From contig OX597823.1 in the NCBI GenBank assembly GCA_951406725.2, forward strand, positions 13,330,001 to 13,394,000: a stretch of DNA of 64,000 nt. Reading direction: 5' to 3'. Origin of the DNA: Octopus vulgaris. Taxonomy: Eukaryota. A program made the position numbers and the translations under genes. Below, piece by piece: positions 41,701 to 55,239 of the stretch (positions within the stretch are counted from its first letter, which is position 1; each line of letters begins with the position of its first letter). The notes beneath the pieces are model-generated. The model was not told the DNA's origin. It did no database searches and saw only the letters and a program-made list of their open reading frames with translations.

Positions 41701-44700
41701 TATTCTTAAAATAAAAATCCGCTGTCTAAAGCATAGGGCACATTAGATGACTCGGTTCCTGGCAGAGCTAAAAATATTGAAGTTTCACGAATATTTTTAA
41801 TCCTATGCCAAACCTGCTGGGGTCCCACATGATCAATAAGCGCGTCCCTCAAAGCATTGCTGCTGGTGAAATAACTTGCTACTGCTGCGCAAAATAAACA
41901 TTTGAAACGAGAACATAGAAATGAATGAAGAAAGCTCAAACCTGAGAAGGGTTCAGAATCAGAATTGGTACCAAATATCAATTCAGTTGCTTCAGCAGGA
42001 GAGATATTTGGGGATGACTTGAGTTAACTTGAATAAGGAAATACCTTTGCTGAAAGATACACTGGGTCAGTGTATTCCTGAGGCTAAATAATATGCATGT
42101 GTATTAATTAAGGGGAGAGCTTTCACGTGTTTGCTCAGCCTGTCAGAAACAGAATCCAAATTTCCATTCTGCTATACTCTATGGTATTAAATAAGGTAAC
42201 ACTGGATAACTTAGTGCTAAATACACTGTTTCAAAGACAGATTACAGGGTGCCTCCCGGAACATCTTTGATCGTTGTTCTAAGACGTCAGCAATAACAAT
42301 TTGCATACATGTCAAATATTATGTTTTGTTCAGTATATTCTCAGAAGCTATGTTAAAAGTTTTTCAATAATACACGCGATATTGATCCATATATTTGCTA
42401 AGACTCTTTATTTTTTGAATCCACATAAAACCGAGGTAGATTTTGCGTTTCATATTTATAGGCACGATTAAAATCAGTTCCAGTCGCGTACTTCGTTTGA
42501 TTCGTATCGATTGTACAGTTTTCCAAATCGCGTGGCCTTATGTTCATGATAGAAATAATTATAGAATCAAAGTGGTGATCATGAACGGGCATGAAATAGG
42601 TTGCTGTGTGCATACTTCATAACTTGGGTGCAGTCGTATTTACAATCGATTCGCTTTCACAATATCGTATGAAAAGCGTTAACTTTATATTGGACGAGAG
42701 AAATTCGTTTCCTGTTCGAGGATATATCATGTGTCTATCATGCAGCAATTTAAATCAAAGAAAAGACTGTGATTCGGCGAACTAAATGACATAGAGTATT
42801 TCATCTCATTTCTTTTGATATTTGAATCCCACTGGTTTTGAAAACGCCGTCTATCCTTCCAAATTTCATGAAAGAGTCACCAGTAATAGCTTGGTGTCAA
42901 TCCAATCAACTAAACCATTTCCTAACAACTTTTGCTTCTAATATTCATTTATCATATAAAAATCAATACAAGTTCGAAAAAATAGATGCAGAAAAAAAAA
43001 GCAATATTAGAAATGTAAAATTCTTTGAAATAAAATCATTTCAACAAGGACAGGTTCAGAGTTTGAAGCAAGATGATTCAACCGATTCGAAAATTGGTTG
43101 AATGCAATTACAGTTATTACAAGTTGGTTGCCGACATGCATCACTGTGTAAAATTCCTTTCATCGAAATCCACGTTTTCTATCTCAACAAGAAAGGCAAA
43201 AATGAACGGCAGGTGATGAGTATAAAAACGTAAAAATATTACGGTTGGTTAACGACACAACTCATCGACACAGTTAAAGCTGAATGAGAATTTTTGATCG
43301 ATAAACTGATAAAGATCAGATTTCAGTTATTACCATCAAATCTGCTTGGCAAATATCTAATATGAAAATCAAAACTAAATAGCTAAAACATGAGATAGAA
43401 AACTATTATTTCATACAGGAAAGAACGCGAAAAATGTATTACAGGTATAGACTCAATATTTTGACTCTGTGATAGTTGGCTGAAAAACTGAGGTCAGGGT
43501 TAATATGTCTTTCTACACTTAAGTAATTTTTTCTGTATTCTTCATCATTTGTCATTCATACATCTGGAATTAATGAATTACATACCAGTCCTGAATTGGG
43601 CTCTAGGGTGTTAGCTATGTCTTTTGGGACCGACTGAACATGGTTGGGAAGATAACGTAATATGAATCCGTTGGTAGGTGAAGATTAATTCATTCCCCGT
43701 TGTTTCACTTACGAGGAAAACTCTTCTGAGCCTGAGATACCCGCTGAAGATGCCAAAGTATTTTCAACAATGCAGTATCTTGAGTTACCATTAAAACACC
43801 CTCAAATAGCCCTTGCAAGTTATGCTTGGGTAAAGCATCTCAGATATTTATTTCACCTATTTTTGACCAGCACCAAAATATTGGTAATTAGCAAGTATTT
43901 GACAACTAAACGAAACCGTTTCATTTCGCTAGTTCTGTTCTAAAAATACGAAGTTCCAATAAATCGCCCTTGGAACAGCCAAATATAAAAATTTGGAAAT
44001 GAAGCCGTAATTTTCATATTCCGCTTAGAAATAGTTCAACATTACATTTTAATTTTTTTCTTAGAAAGCATTGCTGTCACTATTCTACCCTGTTCTCGAA
44101 ATGATGTGACAATGAAAAATTTATTACTTGGTTCTTTCCTGAACATGCAAGCTATATCCAGAAACAGATATGTGTTCAGGAAAAAAAATAAGCGTGGGCT
44201 ATTTAGGGAAATAAAACGGAAATCGATTACAAAATCGATGTGAGAATATCAAATTATCGCCCTCCCTTCTAATAAATTATATTAAAAGACATGCAAGTCA
44301 CTGCCATCTACGATATATTATTTTTTTTCTTTATATAAATATCAAGCATCGTGTCTAAATAAGAAAATATTGTAAATCTCGGGCATTCTATTTCTTTTCT
44401 CTTACCAGGTTTTCTCCTAACTTTTTGATGTAAAATAGTTTCAAAAATCACTCGGCTGTAGTGAGTTAATAATGACGGATTATAGAAAATATATATTTCC
44501 TTTACAGAGTTCTTTGAAATTTTAACCGCAACACATCAGTGAATATTCTAAGGTAAATTACTGGCTTGCTGTGAAATACCACTGCCTTTGATACTACATA
44601 GAAGGTTTGGAGTCTTTGCTGTTGGTGGTAATAATGGTAGTTGTGATTTGGTGGTTGCGGTTGGTAGGAGTGGCAGTCACCGTTGTGCTCTTAGTGTGGT

Positions 44701-44946
44701 TGGCTGTTGTCGTCGCTATAGTAACGTTGAAATGAATCAAAATATTTCTTCGAATACTGACAATTTGGTTTCCATTGAATTATTGGCTTGTCGTTTCCCT
44801 ATATTTTCTTTACTTGAAACACTGCAAATCAGAGATTAGAGTAGCAACATGCGTGTAGATACACACATGCATATACACAATTCTAAAAAAAAAAACACAC
44901 GCATACATACACATCACACAAACAGCTCTCTCGTTTTCTCTCTTTG

Positions 44947-44979
<33 letters not shown>

Positions 44980-45001
44980 CGTGTATGTGCATGCGTGCGT
45001 G

Positions 45002-45044
<43 letters not shown>

Positions 45045-45494
45045 CCTTTTATTCTTTTAATGGTCTCAGTCGACACATATGCATGGGTCTAGATTTGAAG
45101 TAACTGAGGTATGTACTGTATACGAAATATATAGAGTTATTTATTTGAAAGTCTTTAGCTGCAGGGTTTAAGGTGATATGAATAAAATGTTAAATTTCTA
45201 ATAATTTCTTAAATCCAAATAAACATAGCTTAATCGAATATACTACCTATAATCTCTCCTTAGTTCCATATACTATCGTAATCGGTAACGTAATTAATTA
45301 GACATTATATATTTAGATAAAACACGGCACAAGTCATAATAACTTGAGCATGCATGATTTAAAAATGACTTCATTTGCAAGATTGAGCCGCGGCATCGCA
45401 TATTATGTCGAATAGATAAACAAGCGAAAAATGTAGTACTCAAGACAGTTGTTGCAGCAGCTGCGGTATTTGACAGGGGGTTGACTCAGCTATA

Positions 45495-45716
45495 CTCTTT
45501 TACTCTTTTACTTGTTTCAGTCATTTGACTGCGGCCATGCTGGAGCACCGCCTTTAATCGAACAAATCGACCCCGGGACTTATTCTTTTGTAAGCCCAGT
45601 ACTTATTCTATCGGTCCCTTTTGCCGAACCGCTAAGTGACGGGGACATAAACACACCAGCACCAGTTGTCAAGCAATGCTAGGGGGACAAACACAGACAC
45701 ACAAAAACACACACGC

Positions 45717-45747
<31 letters not shown>

Positions 45748-45914
45748 TACGACGGGTTTCTTTCAGTTTCCGTCTACCAAATCCACTCACAAGGCTTTGG
45801 TCGGCCCGAGGCTATAATAGAAGACACTTACCCAAGGTGCTACGCAGTGGGACTGAACCCGGAACCATGCAGTTGGTAGACAAGCTACTTACCACACAGT
45901 CACTCCTGCGCCTA
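45495..45914 (-). mobile_element. SINE family A, full length
   Basis: Reverse complement of family A; flanked by CTATAC repeats (45490-45495, 45912-45917), a possible TSD. Confidence 0.92.
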
Positions 45915-46368
45915 TACATTACTAAAATTTCATTGACGAAGACCGTACCACCATCCTCGTATGTGAGAGTTCACATTGAGAGAGAATTTAGCAGAAATTT
46001 TTAAATATTGAAACGGTTTCCAGATGAGATCATACGCACCTATGTAGGTCATTTCAGATCAGTTAGATTTGGCTAGGCATCAACAGTAATATTTTCATTA
46101 TACGGTTTCAATATATACTGCATGTGTGTATATATATATATATATTGGCAAGATTTCTTGCCAATAGAGAAGTAGTCGGTTTCTAACCTAGATTCAAGTT
46201 TCCTTCATTGCAATTTCAACAACTTCAAGCAGGTTACTTTTGCACGTATGTATGTATGTATATGTTCAGGATTTGGAGTTGGTACAAGTGCAGATGTATA
46301 TGTTTTCTTTTATATATGAATTCTTATCCATGTGCTTCCATGTCTAGACATGCGCATATATATTTAAA

Positions 46369-46596
46369 TGGCGAGCTGGCAGAATCGTTAGCACGCCGGG
46401 CGAAATGCGTAGCCGTATTTCGTCTGCCGTAACGTTCTGCGTTCAAATTCCGCCGAGGTCAACTTTGCCTTTCATCCTTCCGTGGTCGATAAATAAAGTA
46501 CCGGTTACGTACTGGGGTCGATGTAATCGACTTAATCCCTTTGTCTGTCTTTGTTTGTCCCCTCTATGTTTAGCTCCTTGTGGGCAATAAAGAAAT
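46369..46596 (+). mobile_element. SINE family B
   Basis: Near-identical to 4871-5100. Confidence 0.88.
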
Positions 46597-47098
46597 ATAT
46601 ATATTTGAACGATAAACTTCCGGAAAATTTTACAGATATTTACAGTGATACTTTGGATCTGTAATCTTCGCCTCAGCTTTCTCCTTTCTGGTTTCGAAAT
46701 GCCGAATATCTCAAGATTGGTAGTCACACAGATTGGTACATAGGAAGTACCCCAATAATTAGAGGTATAAATCTGAACCTATAATCTGGATAGAATACAA
46801 ACAGATTTGTCAATAGTTGATCGAAGGTATCTATTTTTCGCTGACCTTAAGCTTTATGTTATAATGTATGTATGCATATATGCATGTATGCACGGAGTTA
46901 TGTATGTATATATGTATGTATGTACGTATACATGCATTTATGCATGTATACATGTAGTTATATATATATATAAATTTATTAGCGCGCCAGAGCCAAGACA
47001 TTTGAAATTTTATCACTAGTGTAATCGGTAAAGCTACACACGTGTCTGTACCGGCACGAAAGCTGGGGTTAGCTTTTCCGTTTACATTACTATGAACG

Positions 47099-47173
47099 GA
47101 TGCACTGAAGAAGCACGGACATTTGGATTGCATAAGTAATTCTCTTGTTAAGGCTGAAACCGAGGTATGCATT
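47099..47173 (+). ncRNA. Type I hammerhead ribozyme motif
   Basis: GATGCA-CTGAAGA-AGC..(38 nt)..GCT-GAAA-CC-GA-GG-TA-TGCATT. Stem I ATGCA/TGCAT, stem II AGC/GCT, stem III ACC/GGT, GUA triplet; all core nucleotides present. Confidence 0.78.
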
Positions 47174-47432
47174 TAATTCTGTTTTTTATATAAATTTTCA
47201 TCTGTCATGCCCGCCAAAATTGGTTCTGGTGTTCGCTGTATTTTTCCTCTAGAGAATTTCCTTGTAGTTTGACCGTTGATGGTCTATTTCTAGCATATGG
47301 CCGACTCCCTAGCAGTAAGCCCTGCCAATATACACATATATTAGAATTTTCTCTGACTCCTCAGATTTTTGTATGCTGGACTACTGGTTTTAAATTGATA
47401 TTAAAATTAATATTAATTTATCTCCCTCATTA

Positions 47433-47472
<40 letters not shown>

Positions 47473-47553
47473 ATATGTATGTATGAATATATGCAAGTAT
47501 GTATGTATGTATGTAGGTATGCATATATGCATGTATGTACGTACGAATGTATG

Positions 47554-47587
<34 letters not shown>

Positions 47588-47642
47588 TGTATGTATGTAT
47601 GTATGTATGTATGTAGGTATGTATGTGTGTGTGTATGTATGT

Positions 47643-48063
47643 ATTCTTTTACTCTTTTACTTGTTTCAGTCATTTGACGGCGGCCATGCTGGAGCACCGC
47701 CTTTAATCGAGCAACTTGACCCCGGGACTTATTCTTTTGTAAGCCTAGTACTTATTCTATCGGTCTCTTTTTCCGAACCGCTAAGTAACGGGGACGTTAA
47801 ACACACCAGCATCGGTTTTCAAGCAATGCTGGGGGGACAAACACAGACACACAAACACACACACGCATATATGTATATATATATATATACATATGTACGA
47901 CAGGCTTCTTTCAGTTTCCGTCTACCAAATCCACTCACAAGGCTTTGGTCGGCCCGAGGCTATAGTAGAAGACACTTGCCCAAGGTACTACGCAGTGGGA
48001 CTGAACCCGGAACCATGTGGTTGGTAAACAAGCTAATTACCACACAGCAACTCCTGCGCCTAT
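47643..48063 (-). mobile_element. SINE family A inserted in (TATG)n
   Basis: Full-length reverse-complement copy with (TATG)n on both sides. Confidence 0.92.
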
Positions 48064-48084
48064 GTATGTATGTATGTATGTATG

Positions 48085-48115
<31 letters not shown>

Positions 48116-48384
48116 GAAATATAAGAAAAGAGGGAACATTCAGAATACGCCAAATGTCGAAATTTTCAAACTTGCGTATATATATGTGTGTTTAAAACGA
48201 ACAATATTTTTTTATCGTAGGAGGAAAATATATTTATTACGTTTCTAAATATATAGGAAAACAAAAATAAGAAAATATATTTTCATAAAACATTGTATCC
48301 ATATATCAGTTTTACTGTAGAAATATTAGCGTCTGTTTTCACAAGGTGTTTTACACACGTAATAACAAAAAAAAAAAGAGAGAG

Positions 48385-48418
48385 AAGGAAGAAAAAAGAG
48401 ATGATGAAGAAGAAGAAG

Positions 48419-48450
<32 letters not shown>

Positions 48451-48570
48451 GAAGAACAAGAAGAAGAAGAAGAACAAGAACAAGAACAAGAACAAGAAGA
48501 AGAAGAAGAAGAAGAAGAAGAAGAAGAAGAAGGAGGAGGAGGAGGAGGAGGAGAGGAAGAAGAAGAAGAA
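48385..48570. repeat. (GAA)n/(GAACAA)n/(GGA)n purine repeat
   Basis: Direct inspection. Confidence 0.95.
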
Positions 48571-48967
48571 TTCACATATTACTCAAAAGTTTTTGAATAG
48601 GTAAACATTTCGTATAAAAAAAAAATTACTAAACAAATTTTAGTACATGTTGTAGCCAAAAGAGATTTTGCAATGGAAGAAATTTCATATATGATAATAG
48701 CCGGAACCGATTTTCGTAGTCGCTTATGTTATCAAATATTAAAGTGTGTTCTTTCTATACATTTTTAAAGAGAGGATGAAAGAGTGAATGAGTGAGGGAA
48801 GAGAGAGACACACCTGATATATGTACATATATATATATATATATATAAACAATATATATCTATATATGTGTTATATGTGTGTTTGTATAAATACATATAT
48901 ATATATATATGTATGTATACACATTTGTGTATATATACTATATACGTGTATGTAAACATATGTATAC

Positions 48968-49020
<53 letters not shown>

Positions 49021-49175
49021 CACATATTATTTATACATATATTTAATGTATGTATATATATATATATACGATATATATATATATATGTATACACATTTGT
49101 GTATATATACTATATACGTGCATGTAAACATATGTATACATATATAAATATTTATATATATATATATATATATAT

Positions 49176-51382
49176 AACACAAACACTTCATGTCCATAAT
49201 ACAAGCCATATGTGACAAATATGTCCCAATGTGCAGGGCCAGCACACACAAGAACAAAAACAGGATCCCTAGAGAAAGGAGGATTCTTATGGGACGACGG
49301 ACAAGGATTGCAAACCGCCTGAGCAAGCACACCAAAAGTGGTGAGAAGTCTCGGCTCGAAAGAATGCTAATGGAAACTGAGAAAAGTCTACATCAGTCCC
49401 ATGAAAAGGAGAGAGCAGATAAAGAAGCTTGGGTAATAGAAAATATAAAATCAAACCTAAAGCTTTCTTTAAGTTTGCCAAAGAGACAGCCACAGTGCAC
49501 CAGAGAATAGGACCTCTCTTCCAAAAAGATGGCTCTCTCACAGGAAATCCCACGAGGATAAGTGAAATACTGAACGAACAGTTCCAAAGTGTGTTCACTA
49601 CACCTCTAGGACACAGGCAAGTAAACAACCCAGAAGAATTCTTTGCCACTTTACCAGCGGCCAAAGAGACAAAACTTGCAGTACATCAACATCGAAGATG
49701 ATGATATCACACTAGCCATTGATGAGATTGACACAAACTCAGCTGCTGGACCTGATGGATTCCCAGCGATCCTTCTCAAATCGTGCAAACGAGCCCTTGC
49801 AAAACCGCTACAGCTTCTTTTTCAGAGCTTTCTTGCAAGTGGTAAGCTCCCAGTCAAACTGAAAGAGGGGGTAATATGCCCTATCCATAAGGGAGGTAGC
49901 AGAGCAGATGCTAAAAATTATAGGCCTATCTCTCTGACCTCACACATCAGCAAAGTCATGGAACGAATAGTCCATAAGAAACTAATCATGTTCCTTGAAG
50001 AAAATGACTTACTGTCTGACACCCAGCATGGATTTCGACCAGATAGAGGCTGCCTAACACAGCTCCTGCAACACTATGACTGGGTGTTGAAACAGCTACT
50101 AAATGGCTCAAATGTGGATGTAATATATCTTGACTTTGCAAAAGCCTTTGATAAAGTCGACCATGGTATGATCTGTCACAAACTGCGTGGTCTCGGCATA
50201 GGCGAGAAACTTGGAGAGTGGCTGCACAACTTCCTAAAAAGACAGAAAACAGGCAGTTGTGAGCAATGGAGCCACCTCCAAGGAAACGCAAATAACAAGC
50301 GGTGTCCCACGGGGCACTGTCTTGGGGCCACTGATGTTCATAGTGGCCCTTTCAGACATCACCTTCAGTTGCTACAGATGACCACCCTTGCTATCCATGC
50401 AGATGACACAAAAGTCTCCCACGCAATACAAAACCCTGAAAATATTGCGCATCTGCAACATGAGCTGGACACAATATACAGGTGGGCTGAGGACAACAAC
50501 ATGCAGTTTAATGCAGGTAAGTTCCAGGCCATGCGCTACTGGCACACAAAGGTAAATGAGGTGAAGACTGGATACACTGGCCCAGGAAGAATTGCAATCC
50601 CTGAGTCAAAATCAGTGCGTGACCTGGGCATTGACATGAGCAATGATGCATCTTTCCAAATGCATATTGCTAATCTGGTGATAAAATGCAGACGGCTAGC
50701 TGGATGGATTCTCCGAACTTTCAGAACAAGAGAGAAGGAGACACTGATGGTCCTATGGAAAACATTCGTCCTCAGCCGCTTGGACTACTGCTCCCAACTT
50801 TGGTCACCACACAATATAAAACAAACAGCAGGACTCGAAGCAACTCAGAGAAGCTACACAAAGAAAATCGTCTCAATGCAAAATGTCAGCTACTGGGAAA
50901 GACTGAAGGTATTAAACCTCTTCTCCCTGGAACGGAGGCGGGAGAGATATGCAGTGATATACATCTGGAAAATCCTGGAGGGTCTTGTCCCAAACTTTGG
51001 CATTCAAAGTTACTCCAACCGCAGAACGGGGCGCCGCTGCGTGGTGCCAAGGATTCCAACATCACCATCAAAATACAGGTCCAGATACTGCAACAGCTTG
51101 GGTTTCCAGAGGACCACAGCTCTTTTACATCCTCCCTAAATGCCTGAGAGACTTACATGGTGTGGATGTGGGTTTCTTTAAAACTAAACTGGATCTCTTC
51201 TTGTTGGGAGTCCCAGATGAGCCTACCTCACGACAGGAGACACGGATGCGGGCAGCAGCATCGAACTCCCTTGTTGATCAAGTGCCACATATCAGAGGTG
51301 GATTCACAAACTAGTGTAGCTCATTCAGCGGTGGTGCCCCAGCATGGCCGCGGCCTTCGGGCTAAAACATTTTTAAGGATTT
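49176..51382 (+). mobile_element. 5'-truncated CR1-group LINE, ORF2 reverse transcriptase pseudogene
   Basis: AAGPDG, NYRPISLTS, QHGFRP, YLDFAKAFDKVDH, HADDTK, VRDLG, RLDYCSQLW, SYWERLK..SLERRRER. GVPRGTVLGP lies in a shifted frame; 3' UTR hairpin at ~51350-51364. Confidence 0.92.
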
Positions 51383-51777
51383 ATATTTATTCACATATAT
51401 TATTTATACATATATTTAATATATGTATATATATATATTATATGTGAGTGCGTTTTTTATGGTTGTCCCTCCACTGCTTCAAATCAGCTCTTCGTATATA
51501 TTTATGTCCCTATAATTTAGTATTTCTTCATAGAAATACCGATAGAATATACCAAACTGACAACGATTGATGAGATAGACTACTCTGTTCGAATTGGTGA
51601 CACACGTGGGGTACAAACGAAAGTAAGTACCATAGTACATACTATATTTAGTATTTAATTAGTTTGACACGGATCCACATTACTGAAACTTTCGAAAGCT
51701 CGGAAAGTTCTTATTCGTTCAAGCATATATGACACATGTTCACATGTATTCATAAATATATGCCTGAGCGTATATAT

Positions 51778-52305
51778 ATAGTGAAAATTTACAAAAATAG
51801 AAACAAAAGACGGATGTGTAAACAACAAACAGATGTATTAGTATAACGCTCGGGAAGTGAGAAAGTCTTTTACGTTTCAAGCCTACGCTCTTCGACAGAA
51901 ATGAACGCAGAAATAAGCAAGGAGAGCAAATAGAAAACAAAATTTTAGTGGTTAGCGAACTCTTATGGATAATGCAGGAGAGAGCGGTCACACAGGTGAG
52001 CTAGGAAGAAGGGGAGATAATAAAGTAGTGGTGATCCCAAAATGAAGGTGCGCATGCGAGTGTGCACGGGGTGGTAAGATGTGGCGAGATGTGATATAGT
52101 GGTATGTGATGTGGTGGTGTATGGTGTGGTTTAGTGGTATTAGGGTGTGGGGAAGGTGAGAGTGGGAGAGGCAAGGGTGGGATCTAAGAGATGGGGTGAG
52201 TGTGGGATGGGATGCATAGAGATGGTGGGTTTGGAACGTGTAGAGATGGGGTGACGATGGAGGGAGAGGGTGGAAGGGAGAAGGTGGGTAGGAGTGAAGA
52301 AAGGC
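51778..52305 (-). mobile_element. Penelope-like terminal fragment with variant minimal hammerhead (51868-51901); related copy at 63225-63372 (+)
   Basis: Minus strand TTT-CTGTCGA-A-GAGCGTAGGCTT-GAAACGTA-AAAG, then GACTTTCTCACTTCCCGAGCG shared with 63278-63301. Ends at a TA tract. Confidence 0.55.
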
Positions 52306-52446
52306 AATATATTCCTATATATAACTTAATTTTAAATTTCAAATGAAGATGAGAAATTAGATATTAATTTAATTAACAGCGATTTCACATCAGTGGTCTA
52401 GCATAAAAAAAAACTGAAGGTTCAGTAAAATTGTATCATATATATA

Positions 52447-52545
52447 TTAGAGGGAAACCCCTATGTGGACACCCATACGCTAGAAATAGTGGTGAAACCG
52501 TAGCGGATCTATTTCAGGCATATGGGTGTCCATATAGTGGTTTCC

Positions 52546-52551
<6 letters not shown>
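52447..52551. repeat. ~105-bp imperfect palindrome (MITE-like hairpin) in TA context
   Basis: TAGAGGGAAACCCCTATGTGGACACCCATACGCTAGAAATAG pairs with CTATTTCAGGCATATGGGTGTCCATATAGTGGTTTCCTTCTA. Confidence 0.8.
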
Positions 52552-52595
<44 letters not shown>

Positions 52596-52898
52596 TATAA
52601 TACAATTTTCCTATATATTACTATAGGAATAATTAAGATTCGATTGAACTCGGTACTTACGTTGAGACACCAAGTCAATCCGATATTATAATTAATTAGT
52701 TTATGTCATCCCCTCCCTCCCTATTTCAGCTCATTTTCCACTATCTTACTGACTTCTGAGATTCGTTACTTTCTGTGATCATAGGAATTTATAGCCATAG
52801 TGAATTAAGATTTGGAGGGTTTTTTGACAATAATTAAACCATTATCAGCAGCTAGAAATTTACTGTCATCTCCCAGTGGCTTTATTTCTTAGTGGAGG

Positions 52899-52985
<87 letters not shown>

Positions 52986-53067
52986 CAGATAGATAGATAG
53001 ATAAATAGATAGAGAGAGAGAGTGAGAGAGAGAGAGATAGATAAATAGATAGATAGATAGATAGATT

Positions 53068-53136
<69 letters not shown>
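52899..53136. repeat. (GATA)n microsatellite
   Basis: Direct inspection. Confidence 0.97.
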
Positions 53137-53137
<1 letters not shown>

Positions 53138-53878
53138 AGAGATAGAATAAGAGGGCGCATCGTAACTATATACATATTTATATATACATATATATAAAGA
53201 GAGAGAGAGCATGGGAGACAGAGAAAGAGAGGGAGAGAAATAGAGAATGAGAGAGAGACTATGAGAGATAGAGGGGTAACCGGTACGTTTTTATGTGGAG
53301 CAAGATCTACCCCACATAAACATGTGAATCATTCGAATGTCTGCACCTGAATTTTCTGCTTTGTTTGCTTGGTCTATCTAGCGATAATATGCATACCGAT
53401 ACCGAAGAATCTCGGATTTCCAAAAGTTTGAGCGACAAATTTAGATTGAGTTCAATAACTTTATGCGTTGCAGCTAAATGCCAGTGTGGCCAGACAAGTA
53501 AAATGTTTATGCAGTTATATAACCAGAGAGATGCTAGCATAAGACAATAAAAGGATATTGACTTTGTTCGAAAGGTGATTTAAGAACTGGAATCTTATTT
53601 ACGCATTGACAGTGATGAATATCAGCTCCTGAAATATGAACGCAGCAGATTTATGATATTTGAAAACCAATATGTTTGTATTTCCTGAACATAATTATTC
53701 TCTGCACATCATGAAATATAAAGCAATCCTATCGTGGAAGGAGTTAACTTAAAACTACAGTTGTGATATCCTGCAGTCTCGGACTGCATATAATAAACGC
53801 TTGAAATCAAGTAAAACAATTATTTTCATATATCTCTATATACATATCAATGTCTACACCGAAACACACACACACACG

Positions 53879-53921
<43 letters not shown>

Positions 53922-54327
53922 ACATACACACACACACAGCAGTAATTTTATTCAGCTGAATACACATCATTAATTGGTTGAAATTACCGAAATACGACTA
54001 CTTTAACGTGTAATAACTTCGTAAATATAGGTTTTTCTCAAAAATGCTAAGAGTAAAAGATGTTTTATTTGACACATTCTACCAGTGTCCGAAGTTTGAA
54101 AGTATCTAGTTACAAAAAATTATTTTTTAAATCTGTAGGTCAAAAGGTAAAGATCCGCCACCCATACCTAGATACAACTCACTCAACAAGAACTCACTAC
54201 TTGAATGGGCCATAAACAAAACTTTACTTAAACAGGATTTAGATAATCCTATCAGGTGGTGCCATTAAGTTAGACATGGTCTGGAACAATCTTTGGTCGA
54301 GACATATCTAAGTTTGTTTTATTTTTT

Positions 54328-54374
<47 letters not shown>

Positions 54375-54854
54375 GAGAGACAGAGAGAGACAGAGACAGA
54401 AGCAAAGACAGACAGATATTCAGACAGACAGGAGGAAGAGTAAAAATAAAAATAAAAATATAAAATAAAATAAAGTTTTTAAACAAATAGGATTCCCTTC
54501 GCCGTCATTAGATCTTGAGAGAAAATTTCTTGCTTCACAATATTTCTTCCAGCACGGTACGATTTGGTTTCAAATTCCGCCAAGGCCTACATTACTTAGC
54601 ATCTCACTGGTGACTATAAAATAGATGCCAGGCAAGTACCGCGTTCAGTACTATCGATTAGCTCTCACGATTTCACAATCACTCGCCTTTCTCTTAAATC
54701 AGAAACCGCTGTTATTTATTTTAAATATTCATAATTTTACTATTTTGCTCGTATGCTGTAGTGCGTGTGTGTGTGTGTGTAAGTGAGTGTGTGCGCACGC
54801 GCGCGTTTTTTAATGACATTATTTCTAGTTTCCTAATATTTTATTACATCTACC

Positions 54855-55239
54855 GGAGGCGCAATGGCCCAGTGGTTAGGGCAGCGGACTCGCGGTCATA
54901 GGATCGCGGTTTCGATTCCCAGACTGGGCGTTGTGAGTGTTTATTGAGCGAAAACACCTAAAGCTCCACGAGGCTCCAGCAGGGGACGGTGGTGATCCCT
55001 GCTGTACTCTTTCACCACAACTTTCTCTCACTCTTACTTCCTGTTTCTGTTGTACCTGTATTTCAGAGGGCCGGCCTTGTCACACTCTGCGTCACGCTGA
55101 ATATCCCCGAGAACTACGTTAAGGGTACACGTGTCTGTGGAGTGCTCAGCCACATACACGTTAATTTCACGAGCAAGCTGTTCCGTTGATTCGGATCAAC
55201 CGGAACCCTCATCGTCGTAACCGACGGAGTGCTTCCACC
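54855..55239 (+). mobile_element. tRNA-derived SINE family C (long tail)
   Basis: GGAGGCGCAATGGCCCAGTGGTTAGGGCAGCGGACTCGCGGTC..GGTTTCGATTCCC head with A and B boxes. TSD ATTAC(A/C)TCTACC at 54843-54854 and 55240-55251. Confidence 0.9.

Noticed and set aside
48346-48600. Glu-rich acidic protein
   Set aside because: Pure (GAA)n/(GGA)n repeat translation.
54855-54932. tRNA genes (also 57493, 61437, 61603 and SINE A heads)
   Set aside because: tRNA-like heads run directly into SINE bodies and lack a convincing acceptor stem.
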